From the NCBI GenBank assembly GCA_965203295.1, contig CBDBCZ010000018.1, forward strand, positions 480,001-544,000: 64,000 nucleotides of DNA, read 5' to 3'. Position numbers and translations under genes: made by a program. This document shows, piece after piece, positions 63,140 through 64,000 of this stretch. The notes beneath the pieces are model-generated. The model worked only from the letters and a program-made list of their open reading frames with translations, was not told where the DNA came from and did not search any database. Each line of letters starts with the position of its first letter. The stretch's first letter is position 1. The DNA is from Nitrospirales bacterium (GTDB lineage: Bacteria; Nitrospirota; Nitrospiria; Nitrospirales; UBA8639).

Positions 63140-63364
63140 TTACGTGTACCCACTTCCATCTGAAATGTTAACGAAATTTTGTTGAGTAGCAATCTCTAGA
63201 ACTATTTGTGATGTTGTCCGGACAACAGGGTTACAGGAATTCTCATTGTGCATGGCATCTTGGATGGCTTCACCACTAATGAAGTGACCAGCTATAATGT
63301 GATTAGTATTATTCTCTGCAGAAAGTGTGGCAAAAAGCTCTGACATCAATTTCTCAATCAAACC
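63140..63364 (-). CDS. Exon of upstream unit D (helical domain); the rest of the unit lies beyond the window
   Basis: Acceptor tttacag then GLIEKLMSELFATLSAENNTNHIIAGHFISGEAIQDAMHNENSCNPVVR..., homologous to the terminal exon of C. It ends either at TAA (63140) or at a GTAAGT donor after 63144. The upstream intron at about 63950-64000 resembles 48955-49010. Confidence 0.75.
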   Translation of the reverse strand, partial: GLIEKLMSELFATLSAENNTNHIIAGHFISGEAIQDAMHNENSCNPVVRTTSQIVLEIATQQNFVNISDGSGYT

Positions 63365-64000
63365 CTGTAAAAACACAAGCAAGTAGTTATGTTCAATTAC
63401 TAAGTTATTATGTTATGAGCATAATAATGAAAATAGTACAGGTACAGCTTAGTGAACGGCAACCTCATAATGCATAATGTCATGTGTACAAGATGTCTAC
63501 TTTGAAATAGTTAACCCTTTACCAACCATAAGAAACAGCTTAAAGAAGCAGAAAAGCCTGTACATAGTATTAACGCCTAATATTAAACCATAATATTTAT
63601 ATGGGCTTATGGGAGCTCATGACGCATATATGTGTCATTGGTTGGTAAAGAGTTAAGGACAGTTTGGGTGAGGTGAGCTAAAGTCTGAGGCAAAGCCGAG
63701 GAGTTTAACTCCTCAGCTGTTCATTTACTGATTCAATGTACATTGGTATAGCAATGGTCCCTGTATGTGACCACCTTTGAGTGCTATAGGTGTGAGAAAA
63801 AGTGGTTGTCATGGTAATGTAGATTAAGCCTACATACTGATGCGTCATTCTGATGTTTTTTAAAGAACTTAAGCATGTGCTCTGTAAAGCTAGCTAGTTG
63901 GTTATGACATGTCACCAGATTCCTCTTCATTCTTGAAGAGTGCATGGGGTATCATTCTGGTGTTTTGCATGAATCTTAAACATGTGCTGTCTAAAGCTAG

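Overview
Eukaryotic, intron-rich, repeat-rich animal DNA. The repeat families and gene style suggest a demosponge or another non-bilaterian, but this is inference. Positions 11.5-64 kb hold a head-to-tail minus-strand array of paralogous spliced genes. I rebuilt them by hand from GT-AG sites and paralog alignment, and the exon phases close in every copy. Copy A has 17 exons and about 614 aa. Copy B has 12 exons and about 450 aa. Copy C has no signal-peptide exon. One exon of an upstream unit D is in the window and can splice in frame into C. The proteins appear secreted: signal peptide, CUB-like domain, clustered furin-type sites, an unrecognised beta-rich domain, a helical domain, and in A two Ig-like repeats. 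The left 11 kb has a single-exon gene for a secreted 12-Cys peptide inside an apparent ~8.6 kb tandem duplication, plus a palindromic 21-bp-motif satellite. The introns carry a full-length but decayed Ty1/copia element, a decayed DIRS/Ngaro-type element, and several non-autonomous DNA elements. They also carry a composite element present twice whose inverted arms are identical within each copy but differ between copies. All alignments were done by eye and no database searches were run.
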